Positions 39,057 through 48,539 of a DNA stretch of 64,000 nucleotides are shown here, piece by piece. How positions within the stretch are numbered: the stretch's first letter is position 1; each line of letters opens with the position of its first letter. The translations under genes and the position numbers were made by a program. The notes beneath the pieces are model-generated. The model searched no databases. It was not told the DNA's origin and saw nothing but the letters and a program-made list of their open reading frames with translations. This DNA is from Patescibacteria group bacterium. GTDB lineage: Bacteria; Patescibacteriota; Minisyncoccia; Phycocordibacterales; UBA9973. The DNA lies in contig JAZJXT010000006.1 in NCBI GenBank assembly GCA_040390725.1, forward strand, positions 64,367-128,366, read 5' to 3'.

Positions 39057-40175
39057 ATGGAAAAAAAAGTAAAAAGTAAAATAATGCAAATTGCTGAAAG
39101 CATATCGAACTGGCTGGAAAATATTTCTTCGCCTTCATTTTCTACAGGCGACAGAGTATTTTTTGCCAAAAGACTTTCTTTTTTGGTTGGATCAGGTCTT
39201 CCTATCTTGGAAAGTTTGCGAATGCTCTCAGAGCAAACCAGATCACGCGGACAAAAGAAAGTTTTTGAAAACGTGATGAGAAACGTGGCAAACGGTGAAG
39301 AGCTTTCAAAAAGCTTAAACCGCTTCCCTAATATTTTCGGCAAATTTGCCATCAATATAATAAGAGTGGGAGAAACTGCCGGCACATTGAATCAAAATTT
39401 AGATTACCTCGCCGAAGAATTAAAAAAAAGACAATTACTTCGCAGAAAAATGGCCAGCACTTTGGTGTATCCTATATTTATCACCGGAGCGACTTTGGCC
39501 ATCACGGCTTTTTTAGTGCTTTATCTTTTCCCGAAAATCATGCCGGTATTTCTGAGTATGAAAATAGCATTACCCTTTTCGACTCGTGTCGTGATGGGTC
39601 TCTCAAACTTTTTACTTCATCACGGCATCAGCTTAATTGTCGGCATCATCGTCATAGTGACGGCTTTAATTGTCACACTTAAATCAAGTGAAAAACTTAA
39701 TTTTTTATTTGACCAATTTTTACTGCGCATGCCTGTCATCGGCAACATAATAAAAGAATACAATATCGCAAATGCCGGCAGAACTCTGGGCTTATTACTA
39801 AAAAGTGGAGTGCAGTTAAATGTTGCCCTTTCTATCACTGCTACAACCACCGAAAATCTAGTCTATAAAAAAGAATGGTACACAATGGAACAAGATACTA
39901 ATCGCGGAGAAAATATTTCCGAGCACTTAAAACATTCTCCAAAACTTTTCTCTGAAATTTTTGGACAAATGATTTCTGTTGGAGAAAAAAGTGGAAATTT
40001 ATCGGACTCATTGATTTACCTTTCTGAGTTTTATGAAAATGAAGTAGATGAATTCTCTAAAGAACTTTCTAGCTTGGTCGAACCAATCTTGATGGTGTTT
40101 ATGGGAGTCATCATCGGATTTATCGCTATCTCCATCATCACGCCGATTTATGATATCACTCAACACTTGCATTAA
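39057..40175 (+). CDS. pilC: type IV pilus/T2SS platform protein (PilC/GspF)
   Basis: Two T2SSF repeats, GE..G.L, YP, EP.LM. Confidence 0.92.
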   Translation: MEKKVKSKIMQIAESISNWLENISSPSFSTGDRVFFAKRLSFLVGSGLPILESLRMLSEQTRSRGQKKVFENVMRNVANGEELSKSLNRFPNIFGKFAINIIRVGETAGTLNQNLDYLAEELKKRQLLRRKMASTLVYPIFITGATLAITAFLVLYLFPKIMPVFLSMKIALPFSTRVVMGLSNFLLHHGISLIVGIIVIVTALIVTLKSSEKLNFLFDQFLLRMPVIGNIIKEYNIANAGRTLGLLLKSGVQLNVALSITATTTENLVYKKEWYTMEQDTNRGENISEHLKHSPKLFSEIFGQMISVGEKSGNLSDSLIYLSEFYENEVDEFSKELSSLVEPILMVFMGVIIGFIAISIITPIYDITQHLH

Positions 40176-40182
40176 AAAAGAA

Positions 40183-40220
40183 GAGCCTTTTGTCGAAAAA
40201 AATATTCCAACAAAAGGCTC
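40183..40220. terminator. bidirectional terminator-like hairpin
   Basis: GAGCCTTTTGT...ACAAAAGGCTC between convergent genes. Confidence 0.65.
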
Positions 40221-40244
40221 AACAGAGATCAAAATAACTAACTA

Positions 40245-40688
40245 CTAAATAAAATATGGATTTAAATGCCTGGCTAGGAATTCATTGCCTAGCCAGTGCC
40301 AAGCGAGTAGAAAATTTTTACAATTCTCTTCTTCGTCTTCTTGTACCCAAAGACAGGGTACGTAAAGGTTGCCATCGTCATGCATGGATACTGACTTCCA
40401 TGCATATAAAATTTTGTCTCCAAAGAGCTGTAGGAATATATCAGTTCCCTTTTCTTTGATAGCCAAAAGATCTTGTAAGTTTAAACATTTTTTTAGAGCA
40501 TCTATTTTTTTTAACTCTTTAAAAATTGTTTTTCCTTTTACGATCCTGTTTTTATTGTACCAAAAGCCCAGCAAAGACAAATCGTATGTTTCTGGCCCTG
40601 AACATTCCAGCTCTGGGTGTCTAAGCTCTCTTATAAAAAATATATAATCAGGCTTAGTGGAACGGTTAATACTTACGATAAAATTCAT
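40245..40688 (-). CDS. hypothetical protein
   Basis: 147-aa ORF opposite to the pilus genes. Confidence 0.65.
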   Translation of the reverse strand: MNFIVSINRSTKPDYIFFIRELRHPELECSGPETYDLSLLGFWYNKNRIVKGKTIFKELKKIDALKKCLNLQDLLAIKEKGTDIFLQLFGDKILYAWKSVSMHDDGNLYVPCLWVQEDEEENCKNFLLAWHWLGNEFLARHLNPYFI

Positions 40689-40925
40689 AACTTTCGAGTT
40701 AAACTAGACCGAAATTGGTCATAGCTAGAAAATACCCTGTAAGCAAAAGAGGATCTTTTAGCTATAACCAAAATTTTGCAAGTTAAAAATCAAAGGACAA
40801 AAGGGTGCTTCTATAAAAAGACTAATATATATATAGCCGCTTGTCAAATTTTCTTGCGGCGCATTCACTAGCTTGGACGGAATGTAATTTAGTAAAAAAA
40901 AATAAAAAAGTGATATAATAAAAAG

Positions 40926-41339
40926 ATGGAAAAAGACTTTGACAATTGGAATACTCAAAAAAAATTAGTCGAGATAAATAACCGTGAGGTATTCGGCTAT
41001 CCGCGTGAAGTGTGGTGGTGTTCTTTTGGAGTTAATGTTGGCGCCGAAGTTGACGGAAAAAATGAAAATTTTGAACGACCTGTTATAATTATGAGAGTTT
41101 ACAATAAAGAAACTATGCTGGTGTTGCCGACAACAGGAAGAGAAAAGAGGGACAATTACCATATTTCAGTAGAAGTAAATAGTGTAAATGCAAGAACTGG
41201 AGAACATTTCAAGAAAACAGTGTATGTAAAATTAACTCAAGCACGAGTAATAAGCAACAAAAGATTATTAAGAAAAGTTGATGTTATTGGTGAAAAAGAA
41301 TTTGAAATTATTAAAAGTGCTTTTAGAAAATTTACCTAA
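40926..41339 (+). CDS. PemK/MazF family toxin (no adjacent protein antitoxin)
   Basis: EVWW...G.NVG.E.DGK...F.RPV, Q.R.IS.KRL. Confidence 0.85.
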   Translation: MEKDFDNWNTQKKLVEINNREVFGYPREVWWCSFGVNVGAEVDGKNENFERPVIIMRVYNKETMLVLPTTGREKRDNYHISVEVNSVNARTGEHFKKTVYVKLTQARVISNKRLLRKVDVIGEKEFEIIKSAFRKFT

Positions 41340-41425
41340 AACATCGATACCCCGCATTTCTGCGGGGTATCTCGGAGGCCGAAGCCCTAATACATTAAGT
41401 ATATCAAACCACAAACATATGTCAA
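41336..41425 (-). ncRNA. candidate convergent small RNA with promoter
   Basis: TTGACA-16-TATACT (extended -10), then cUUCGg hairpin and 11-bp GAAA-loop hairpin. Confidence 0.5.
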
Positions 41426-41895
41426 ATAAAAAAATAAAAAACAAAAAAGGAGGATTTACTTTGATTGAAACCGTAATAGTCCTGGGTGTCATTACAATCG
41501 CAGCGGGGACTTTGATGTTCGTTGATTTGACGAGTTATAATGCTAGCCAATTTCAATCTGCAACAAATAATTTAATTTCTGTTTTACAAACAGCTCGAGC
41601 AAGTTCATTAAACAATGTAGACCAATCCGCGCACGGCGTGGCTATATTCCCTATCGACCACCCGACGAGCTATGTTATTTTTGAAGGTTCAAGTTATTCC
41701 GCAAGATATGCGCCAAAAGACGAAATAATTGATTCCGGTTATGCTGTTGATCTAGGAAATGGTTCCTTAAAAGAAATTGTTTTTGACCAACTAAGCGGAG
41801 ACGTAGATGCAAATGGAAGTATTGTTCTGATAGACCACGTCAGAAAATTAAGTTTCACTATTTCAGTAAACTACGAAGGTAGAATTAGTTGGTAG
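41419..41895 (+). CDS. prepilin-type (GspH/FimT-like) minor pilin
   Basis: KKGGFTLIETVIVL N-methylation motif; start set at MSNKK. Confidence 0.88.
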   Translation: MSNKKIKNKKGGFTLIETVIVLGVITIAAGTLMFVDLTSYNASQFQSATNNLISVLQTARASSLNNVDQSAHGVAIFPIDHPTSYVIFEGSSYSARYAPKDEIIDSGYAVDLGNGSLKEIVFDQLSGDVDANGSIVLIDHVRKLSFTISVNYEGRISW

Positions 41896-41899
41896 AAAG

Positions 41900-42835
41900 T
41901 TACTTACTTTTTCTGACTAAATTCATTTCATATCTTTGTACCGCGTCAAGTGAAGTTTTCCAATTTCTTCCCTCCTTTACACCTGCAATTTTCCCTGTAC
42001 GAACAAGAAGCCCTAAATACTCCGCATCATATTTTGTTTGTGGAGCAATTTTTGATAAAGATAATAAAGTATTTTCTTTGGTAGAATTTTTTATCGCCTT
42101 TATATATAAATCCAGAGAACGCTCCACTGCCTGAGAAATAAAAAATACAAGATCATCAATTTGACCATTATCCGCTTTTTGCAAAGCTTTGTAATATTTT
42201 ATTCTGTCATTTTTAAGTATGACAACAATCGGATAACCTTCTTTCATTAAAAGAATATTTAAAAGGAGCCTGCTTGCTCGCCCGTTGCCATCACCAAAAG
42301 GATGAATATGGACAAAACGATGTTTAAATTCTGTCGCCAAAGTAATAATATCCGAAGTATCTTTATTTTTTCTGTACCAATTCATTAAATCTCTCATTTG
42401 GTGCGGCACATCAAATGCGGGTGTTGGCATATGCTTGCTTCCGGCAATTCGCACATCATATGTTCGATAAGACCCGGCGTCTACACCGTCAATATTTTGC
42501 ACGATCAGATTATGTAAATTTCTTATAAGCATCTCAGAAAGTGGGATATTTTTTTTACTATCAACCACATCATATAAATAGTCTATGGCTTTTGCTTGAT
42601 TTTTAACCTCCAAATGATCTTTGAGCGGTTTGCCTTTTATGGTAATGCCTTGTTGTAATACGAGCATCGTTTCTCGCAATGTAAGAGTATTCCCCTCTAT
42701 TGCATTTGAATTATAATTCATTTCAATAGAAAATTGTTCACGAAGTTTTTTAACCAAATACGGCGGAAAAGGACGCGCTTTTTTTAGCACAGTTAATTTT
42801 TCAGCTATTCTTTTTAAAATAAGTGTATTTTTCAT
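41900..42835 (-). CDS. Fic domain protein with C-terminal HTH
   Basis: HPFGDGNGRASR; N-terminal SNAIEGN inhibitory motif. Confidence 0.92.
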   Translation of the reverse strand: MKNTLILKRIAEKLTVLKKARPFPPYLVKKLREQFSIEMNYNSNAIEGNTLTLRETMLVLQQGITIKGKPLKDHLEVKNQAKAIDYLYDVVDSKKNIPLSEMLIRNLHNLIVQNIDGVDAGSYRTYDVRIAGSKHMPTPAFDVPHQMRDLMNWYRKNKDTSDIITLATEFKHRFVHIHPFGDGNGRASRLLLNILLMKEGYPIVVILKNDRIKYYKALQKADNGQIDDLVFFISQAVERSLDLYIKAIKNSTKENTLLSLSKIAPQTKYDAEYLGLLVRTGKIAGVKEGRNWKTSLDAVQRYEMNLVRKSK

Positions 42836-42852
42836 AAATACCATATTATCCA

Positions 42853-42894
42853 TTAATATCGGATAACTTCATTTAGTATACTATCCGATATTAA
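42853..42894 (-). promoter_or_regulatory. operator-like inverted repeat over fic promoter
   Basis: TTAATATCGGATA-16 bp-TATCCGATATTAA bracketing a TATACT -10. Confidence 0.6.
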
Positions 42895-42976
42895 GAAAAG
42901 CAAGTAAAAAACTATAAAGCATACCCCCGAACTAAATTGTAATGAATTTTTAGCGCAGGGATGTTATAATAAATGT

Positions 42977-44506
42977 GTGAAAAAAGGTTTTGAAATAAAA
43001 AATAAAAACGTAGCTTGCCCCGCGAAGCTGAAGCGTAGTGGGGGTTTTAGCACTCTCGAGATTATGATTTCTTTTGCCGTGATGGCGGTGGTTTTAACCG
43101 GCGTGGTCTTGGCGAATTTCGGTGCGCAGTATTGGACTATCGCTTCGCAGACTTCCAATGAGGCACTTTATAAAGCAAAAATAAATTTAGAGACTTTAAA
43201 ATCAACTGCCAAACAAAACTTTTTTAATGCTGTCTCTTCTCCTTCTACTCCTGACAATGATACATCGTGTCAGAGCGGAGGGCTTTGTTATAATTTAGAA
43301 AATGCTATTACGGATATTTCTTCTTGCGTAAAATACGCGCAGGTCAATGTGGCCTGGCAAGTTCCCCGCTACCCGCAAATGAAAACTTCCCTTTTTACTT
43401 ATTTAACAAATCCTTCCGAGACAGTGGCACAAGGCGGAGATTGCTTGCTGGCTTGGTTTTCAGAAAATTGGTTGAATCCGAACTATATACATCAATACAG
43501 TATGACAGGAACTCCAACATCGCTCGATACATTAAATGGAACTTCATATATAGGAGAAAGTACTGCGCCGTATTTTGAGGCAACTGATTCAAACGGACCC
43601 ATTTCTTTTAATAATGGATTTACCGGAAGCGCACCTATCAATGCGATAGATGTCGCTCGCGATGAATCAACAGGTAGAACTTATGCGTACGCCGCAGCTT
43701 CCGACCCGACAGAATTGGAAACAATAGATATCACAGACCCGACAAATCCCGCTTTCGTTCCAGGAGGTTCTTATAGTCCACTCGACCCTATCACCAACCA
43801 ACCAATTTTTACAGATGCTGATTCCGGCTGGCGCATAGCATACTACGGACAAAAAATTTACATAGTAACTAAATCAACTTCTCCTCAACTTCATATTTTT
43901 GATGTGAGCAATCCTCTCAGCCCGCAAGAAATAGGCACTGGCACTGCTCTCACCGGGGCTCCAAAAGTTTACGGTATAATAGTGCGCGACCAACAATCAA
44001 GCAACAGCTCATGCCCAAACAATCTTTGTCGTTTTATTTATTTGGCTGAAGAAGGCGGAACAGTAGAGATATTAAATGCCAGTCCTGCAAACAATAGCGT
44101 CACAAGTGTTGCGACGATAAATTTGCCGAATGCTTGCGGAGACGCTCGCTCATTAGCATTACTAGGCAATGTTCTATATGTAGGAGGTATGGGCACTAGT
44201 TGCAATAATTTATTTGCGCTAAATATTGCTGATCCATACACAAGTGTGCCTATCTTGTCTTCCAAGATAGTCGGAAACAATATCGTAAATATAAAAGCCA
44301 CTGCGCCATTTCTATTTTTAGAAACTACTAATTCCATAACTCCGCCAGACTCCGGACTCGACCTAGACGGTGGTCAAGCATACCTCACCAATAACAATAA
44401 TTCTGATTTACAAATCTGGAATTCTGACACAACAAACATGACAAAACTTTCAAGTGTAAATATTTCCGGCGGAACTAATTTTCAAGTAATTTATAGTTCA
44501 AATTAA
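42977..44506 (+). CDS. pilin-like protein with LVIVD-type beta-propeller
   Basis: GFSTLEIMI pilin motif; repeated L.I.DI.DP / IFDVSNP blades. Confidence 0.8.
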   Translation: MKKGFEIKNKNVACPAKLKRSGGFSTLEIMISFAVMAVVLTGVVLANFGAQYWTIASQTSNEALYKAKINLETLKSTAKQNFFNAVSSPSTPDNDTSCQSGGLCYNLENAITDISSCVKYAQVNVAWQVPRYPQMKTSLFTYLTNPSETVAQGGDCLLAWFSENWLNPNYIHQYSMTGTPTSLDTLNGTSYIGESTAPYFEATDSNGPISFNNGFTGSAPINAIDVARDESTGRTYAYAAASDPTELETIDITDPTNPAFVPGGSYSPLDPITNQPIFTDADSGWRIAYYGQKIYIVTKSTSPQLHIFDVSNPLSPQEIGTGTALTGAPKVYGIIVRDQQSSNSSCPNNLCRFIYLAEEGGTVEILNASPANNSVTSVATINLPNACGDARSLALLGNVLYVGGMGTSCNNLFALNIADPYTSVPILSSKIVGNNIVNIKATAPFLFLETTNSITPPDSGLDLDGGQAYLTNNNNSDLQIWNSDTTNMTKLSSVNISGGTNFQVIYSSN

Positions 44507-44520
44507 AATTGACAAAAATA

Positions 44521-44548
44521 AAAGCCAGAATAATTATCCTGGCTTTTT
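44521..44548. terminator. bidirectional terminator
   Basis: AAAGCCAG...CTGGCTTTTT. Confidence 0.65.
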
Positions 44549-44564
44549 AAAATCTAATACTCCA

Positions 44565-44906
44565 CTACTCTGCCTTTTCAAAAAGATCAAAAGAAGTCAT
44601 AAAGGAGCAAGAAGAACCGTCCCCCTTAACATTCAAGCTAAAACCCAAATAATATTCTTCACTATCGGACCAAGGAGAAACCATAAGTATTTCTTTTCTT
44701 GAACTTTTTGTTTTTGGGTCAATAAGAGTTGCAACAAGATACTGGTCCTTATTAGGCTTTAAAACAGGTCGTTCTTTAAACTCAAGGAAAAGAACATCCT
44801 CTCCCTTAAAATCAATACAATGATAAAAAGAATCTGCTAAGCCTGGAACCAAAACATTTTGATTCATTGGAACACTAAAGCGTATTCCTATTATTTTTAC
44901 TTTCAT
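44565..44906 (-). CDS. hypothetical protein
   Basis: 113-aa ORF with upstream TTGACA/TATACT. Confidence 0.55.
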   Translation of the reverse strand: MKVKIIGIRFSVPMNQNVLVPGLADSFYHCIDFKGEDVLFLEFKERPVLKPNKDQYLVATLIDPKTKSSRKEILMVSPWSDSEEYYLGFSLNVKGDGSSCSFMTSFDLFEKAE

Positions 44907-45061
44907 AAACTTAAAATTTAATTACATGATTCAAACAACTTTTACTAAATTTAGTATATATACATATCGGTATTTGTCAAACCCAACGTATTGGTTCAAT
45001 AACTTGGACGAAGTATAATTTAGTAAAGAAAAAAATAAAAAAATGATATAATAAATACCTT

Positions 45062-45766
45062 ATGGAAATTTCTCAAGAAATTTTAAATAAATTTATAGTC
45101 AGGGAAGACTATTTGGAGTGGGTTAATAAAGAGACGTCCATAATTGTTTATTTAGATTTGACCAATATGTTTCATTGGCAAGATGTTTTAGGTTGGAAAT
45201 TTAGAATTGAGGATGTCATAGGACAGCTTTTTAGTTTCCGAAACATAAAGGAAGTAAAAGTTTATTACGGATTAAACGGAAGAGATATAAATAACTCCGA
45301 AGCGTTTCATAATCGAATAAAAAAGTCCGGTGCTATTCTTAAAACCAAGCCTATGAAATTTATTCAAAAGAATATAAATCAAGGTATGTTTTTTCAGCGT
45401 CGCACACTCACTTTGTTTGATGACGGGGTAAAGGGTAAAATTAACGAACTTATAAATGAATTAAATAAATCAGAAATAATTATTGAAGAACCAAAATGTA
45501 ATTTCGATGTTGAGATGGCAATGGATATGTTAGATGATGCGGATAAGGTGACGGCAGTTATTCTTTTTTCAGGAGATTCAGACATGCGAGAACCATTGGA
45601 AAGATTAAAAGTAAAAGGTAAAAATATCGGCATAGTGGGTGTGCGTGGAAAGGTCGCCAATGAATTACATGTCATTAAAAATAAATATCTTGATTTCGGT
45701 AAGTTTTATACCGGCAAAAGAGTCTATATAAAAAGCGAAAATCCCGCTTTTGGCGGGACCGCGTGA
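45062..45766 (+). CDS. NYN domain (PIN-like, LabA/DUF88) protein
   Basis: YLDLTN, KCNFDVE, FSGDSD acidic catalytic motifs. Confidence 0.9.
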   Translation: MEISQEILNKFIVREDYLEWVNKETSIIVYLDLTNMFHWQDVLGWKFRIEDVIGQLFSFRNIKEVKVYYGLNGRDINNSEAFHNRIKKSGAILKTKPMKFIQKNINQGMFFQRRTLTLFDDGVKGKINELINELNKSEIIIEEPKCNFDVEMAMDMLDDADKVTAVILFSGDSDMREPLERLKVKGKNIGIVGVRGKVANELHVIKNKYLDFGKFYTGKRVYIKSENPAFGGTA

Positions 45767-45820
45767 TTAGTAGGATTACTCCTACATTTGGTAGTATAGC
45801 AAAAAAACGTAAAAAGTCAA
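45729..45820 (-). ncRNA. candidate convergent small RNA with promoter
   Basis: TTGACT-16-TATACT, GTAGGA-GTAA-TCCTAC hairpin, TCCCGC/GCGGGA terminator plus T-run overlapping NYN 3' end. Confidence 0.5.
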
Positions 45821-45862
45821 AAGTTATCCACAAGTGATATAATAAAGGTATAAAAAATTAAA

Positions 45863-46327
45863 ATGAAAAAAAATAACAGACACAATAGAGGTTTTACATT
45901 AATGGAAACGATTATTTATATCGCGCTTTTTGGATTGTTGATGACTGGCACAGTTATCGCAGCTTATAATTTATTGGATAGCGGAGCACGAAATGAAAAA
46001 GCTGTTTCTGTCCAAGAAGAAGGCACATTTTTAAATAGAAAAATAAATTGGGCATTGTTAGGGGCGACAGCCATGGCTACTCCAGACGAAAGTACTCTTT
46101 CTATAACTCGACCAGACTTGGGTGCAAATAATCCTGTTGTTATCCATGAAAATGGTGCAGACATAACTATGACGCGAGGAACCGGTCCCACTACTACATT
46201 AAATAGCGGAGCTTACCCTGTCACCAATATGACATTTCTCATTGGACACTCCGGCAATGCGACTTCTGTCACTGTCACCTACAATGTAGAAAGCACACCA
46301 TTTATTTTTAAATCATATTTACGTTAA
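45863..46327 (+). CDS. prepilin-type (PilW/GspJ-like) minor pilin
   Basis: RGFTLMETIIYIAL. Confidence 0.88.
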   Translation: MKKNNRHNRGFTLMETIIYIALFGLLMTGTVIAAYNLLDSGARNEKAVSVQEEGTFLNRKINWALLGATAMATPDESTLSITRPDLGANNPVVIHENGADITMTRGTGPTTTLNSGAYPVTNMTFLIGHSGNATSVTVTYNVESTPFIFKSYLR

Positions 46328-46366
46328 AATGTAGTAAAATATACTAAAGCATTTTAAAAAAAATTA

Positions 46367-48532
46367 ATGCAAAATTTTAGAAAACAAAAGAATAAAAAAA
46401 ACCAGCAAGGATTCATCGCGCTCTTGGCCACAGTCATCATCGGACTTACTCTTTTATCTATGGTCGCGCGTGAAGGTTATGCCGGATGGCACGCGCGTTT
46501 TAATGTCTTGGGAACAGAATCAAAAGAACAAGCGACAGCCCTAGCAGACGGATGTATTGATGAAGCTTTGCTTTCACTCTTGGGTGGTTTCCCTTATCAA
46601 GCCGGCACGACTATTGCTTCACCGATTGGTGACTGTAAAATTTTCCCGATAGACACGGCTACTTCCGGCTATGCTACTTTAAAAGCGCAATCACAAGTAA
46701 ATGATTCATATTCAAATATCTCTGTGGCAATAAATACAAATGACGTTCACTTGGGCTCTATTCCTTCCAATCCAAACTCCGGTACTTTAATAATTCAAAC
46801 ATTGATGGGTAGCGGCGTCAGCACAAAAAATCCCAGCGATTTTACGATGCGCGTATCAGGAATTTCTCCTTCCAAAACTTCTTTTGCCGGATCGGCTGCA
46901 GGCATAGTGGTATATGTATCACCAGGATCCTATAGCATTACCGAAGATGCACTTTCCGGATACAAAGAAAATGGCACAATTGACTGTGCGGGCACAGTCA
47001 GCGGAGGAGACATAAAATCCTGCACTTTTACAAATACTCCCGTCACCACAACTTTCACTCTAGTCGCAAACGTTACAAATAAATATAATGGTTCCTTAAA
47101 ACCTTCCAACTTTCCTCTTTTAATTGATGGCACTCAAGTTGTTTTAGGAAAAGCAAACACTGTCACCACTGGCGCTCACACTGCAAGCATCAGCCAAAGT
47201 TTTCTTACTCAATACAAATACAATGCTTCGACTTGGGGGTATGATTGTGCCAAAACAACATATCCAGATGGGACAAAAGGAACAGTCACTTTAAATACCG
47301 GAGACAACCTGACTTGCGTAGTAAATATTTATGACAACCCCCCGCCGGCACCTGTCTGTGCCAACACAATGATAATGATAGACCGCACCGGCAGTATGGC
47401 TACTATTAATGGCAGTCTTGTGGACTTGCAAAATGCCGGAGTGGCTGCAAGTAGCCTAAAGGATCTTTATGCTTCAGTTAATCCAAACCTTCCAAGACCA
47501 TACCTGGGTATCGGTTCAAATGGTGGACTCGGAATAATAGATAGTTCAACAGCTTCTGTACCAAATAATTCCCCTGCAGGTATAAGAGGATTTTTAACCA
47601 CTACTTATGGCGACCTAGCCAACGCTATAAGTGAAATGGTAAAAGATACCAGCTGCAACAACTCCGGAGGCTCAGGAGGAGATGGTTGCACTAATCTTAG
47701 TTCGGCTATAAATGTGGCTGCAAGTGAACTAAATAATCCTGTATTGGGACCAGGTATCCTTTCCGCAAATGGCAAAGCCAAACAAAAAGTTTTAATTTTA
47801 CTTTCTGATGGTTACACCACGATACCTACCGGAAATTCTACAGAAGAAACTGTTTTTCTTTCTCCAACTAGTAATACAAATGATTCTACCGGTACCAACT
47901 TTGTTAATCCAACAAATGCTTATACAAATACTGATGCCGGAGCATCAGCTTCCGGTGTAATGGGTTCAGGAAATACCAGACAACGATATTCTAATTTTAA
48001 TTTATCTTATCCGACAGACGCTACAAGTCTTTCCGGGATAGAAGTGGATGTAGATGCGAGAGCAGTGAGTACGACTAGCTCTGTGACTACAAACCCGAAT
48101 GGCCTCGGCAATTTTACTACTTGGTCAGTGACCGGCACATCAAATAAAACTACAGCTGTCTCTGATGCTAGTAATGCAACTTTTGTAAATAAAACTTTCA
48201 GCGCGCAAACTTTCTCTGTGGCTGGTGCCGGTGTCCCATCAGATGCAAGTATTATTTCCGTCACTGTAAATGTAGTCGCTGCAGAAAATAATGGCGATGC
48301 GAGCATTCAAATGATGGAAGAAAATGGCTCAGCGCAAGCACTAGAAGGCACAGTTCATAATTTGGCAAATACATTTACGACTTATAGCTGGACCACTACG
48401 ACGAATGCATCCGGCGGAGCTTGGACAGCATCAGAAGTAAATAATTGGACGAATAAATTCGGAGTTTATCAATCCAGCGCCGGAGGTGTAGCATTGGTTT
48501 CAAAATTATACGTAACCGTCAACTACCATTAA
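46367..48532 (+). CDS. PilX-like pilin with N-terminal half of a vWA domain
   Basis: QGFIALL..., A.ALADGCIDEALL; MIDAS DRTGS, TN, LLSDG. Confidence 0.8.
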   Translation: MQNFRKQKNKKNQQGFIALLATVIIGLTLLSMVAREGYAGWHARFNVLGTESKEQATALADGCIDEALLSLLGGFPYQAGTTIASPIGDCKIFPIDTATSGYATLKAQSQVNDSYSNISVAINTNDVHLGSIPSNPNSGTLIIQTLMGSGVSTKNPSDFTMRVSGISPSKTSFAGSAAGIVVYVSPGSYSITEDALSGYKENGTIDCAGTVSGGDIKSCTFTNTPVTTTFTLVANVTNKYNGSLKPSNFPLLIDGTQVVLGKANTVTTGAHTASISQSFLTQYKYNASTWGYDCAKTTYPDGTKGTVTLNTGDNLTCVVNIYDNPPPAPVCANTMIMIDRTGSMATINGSLVDLQNAGVAASSLKDLYASVNPNLPRPYLGIGSNGGLGIIDSSTASVPNNSPAGIRGFLTTTYGDLANAISEMVKDTSCNNSGGSGGDGCTNLSSAINVAASELNNPVLGPGILSANGKAKQKVLILLSDGYTTIPTGNSTEETVFLSPTSNTNDSTGTNFVNPTNAYTNTDAGASASGVMGSGNTRQRYSNFNLSYPTDATSLSGIEVDVDARAVSTTSSVTTNPNGLGNFTTWSVTGTSNKTTAVSDASNATFVNKTFSAQTFSVAGAGVPSDASIISVTVNVVAAENNGDASIQMMEENGSAQALEGTVHNLANTFTTYSWTTTTNASGGAWTASEVNNWTNKFGVYQSSAGGVALVSKLYVTVNYH

Positions 48533-48539
48533 AATTAAA

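Noticed and set aside
41278-41418. N-terminal extension of the pilin ORF
   Set aside because: It overlaps PemK and the hairpin region; ATG 41419 gives a normal prepilin leader.
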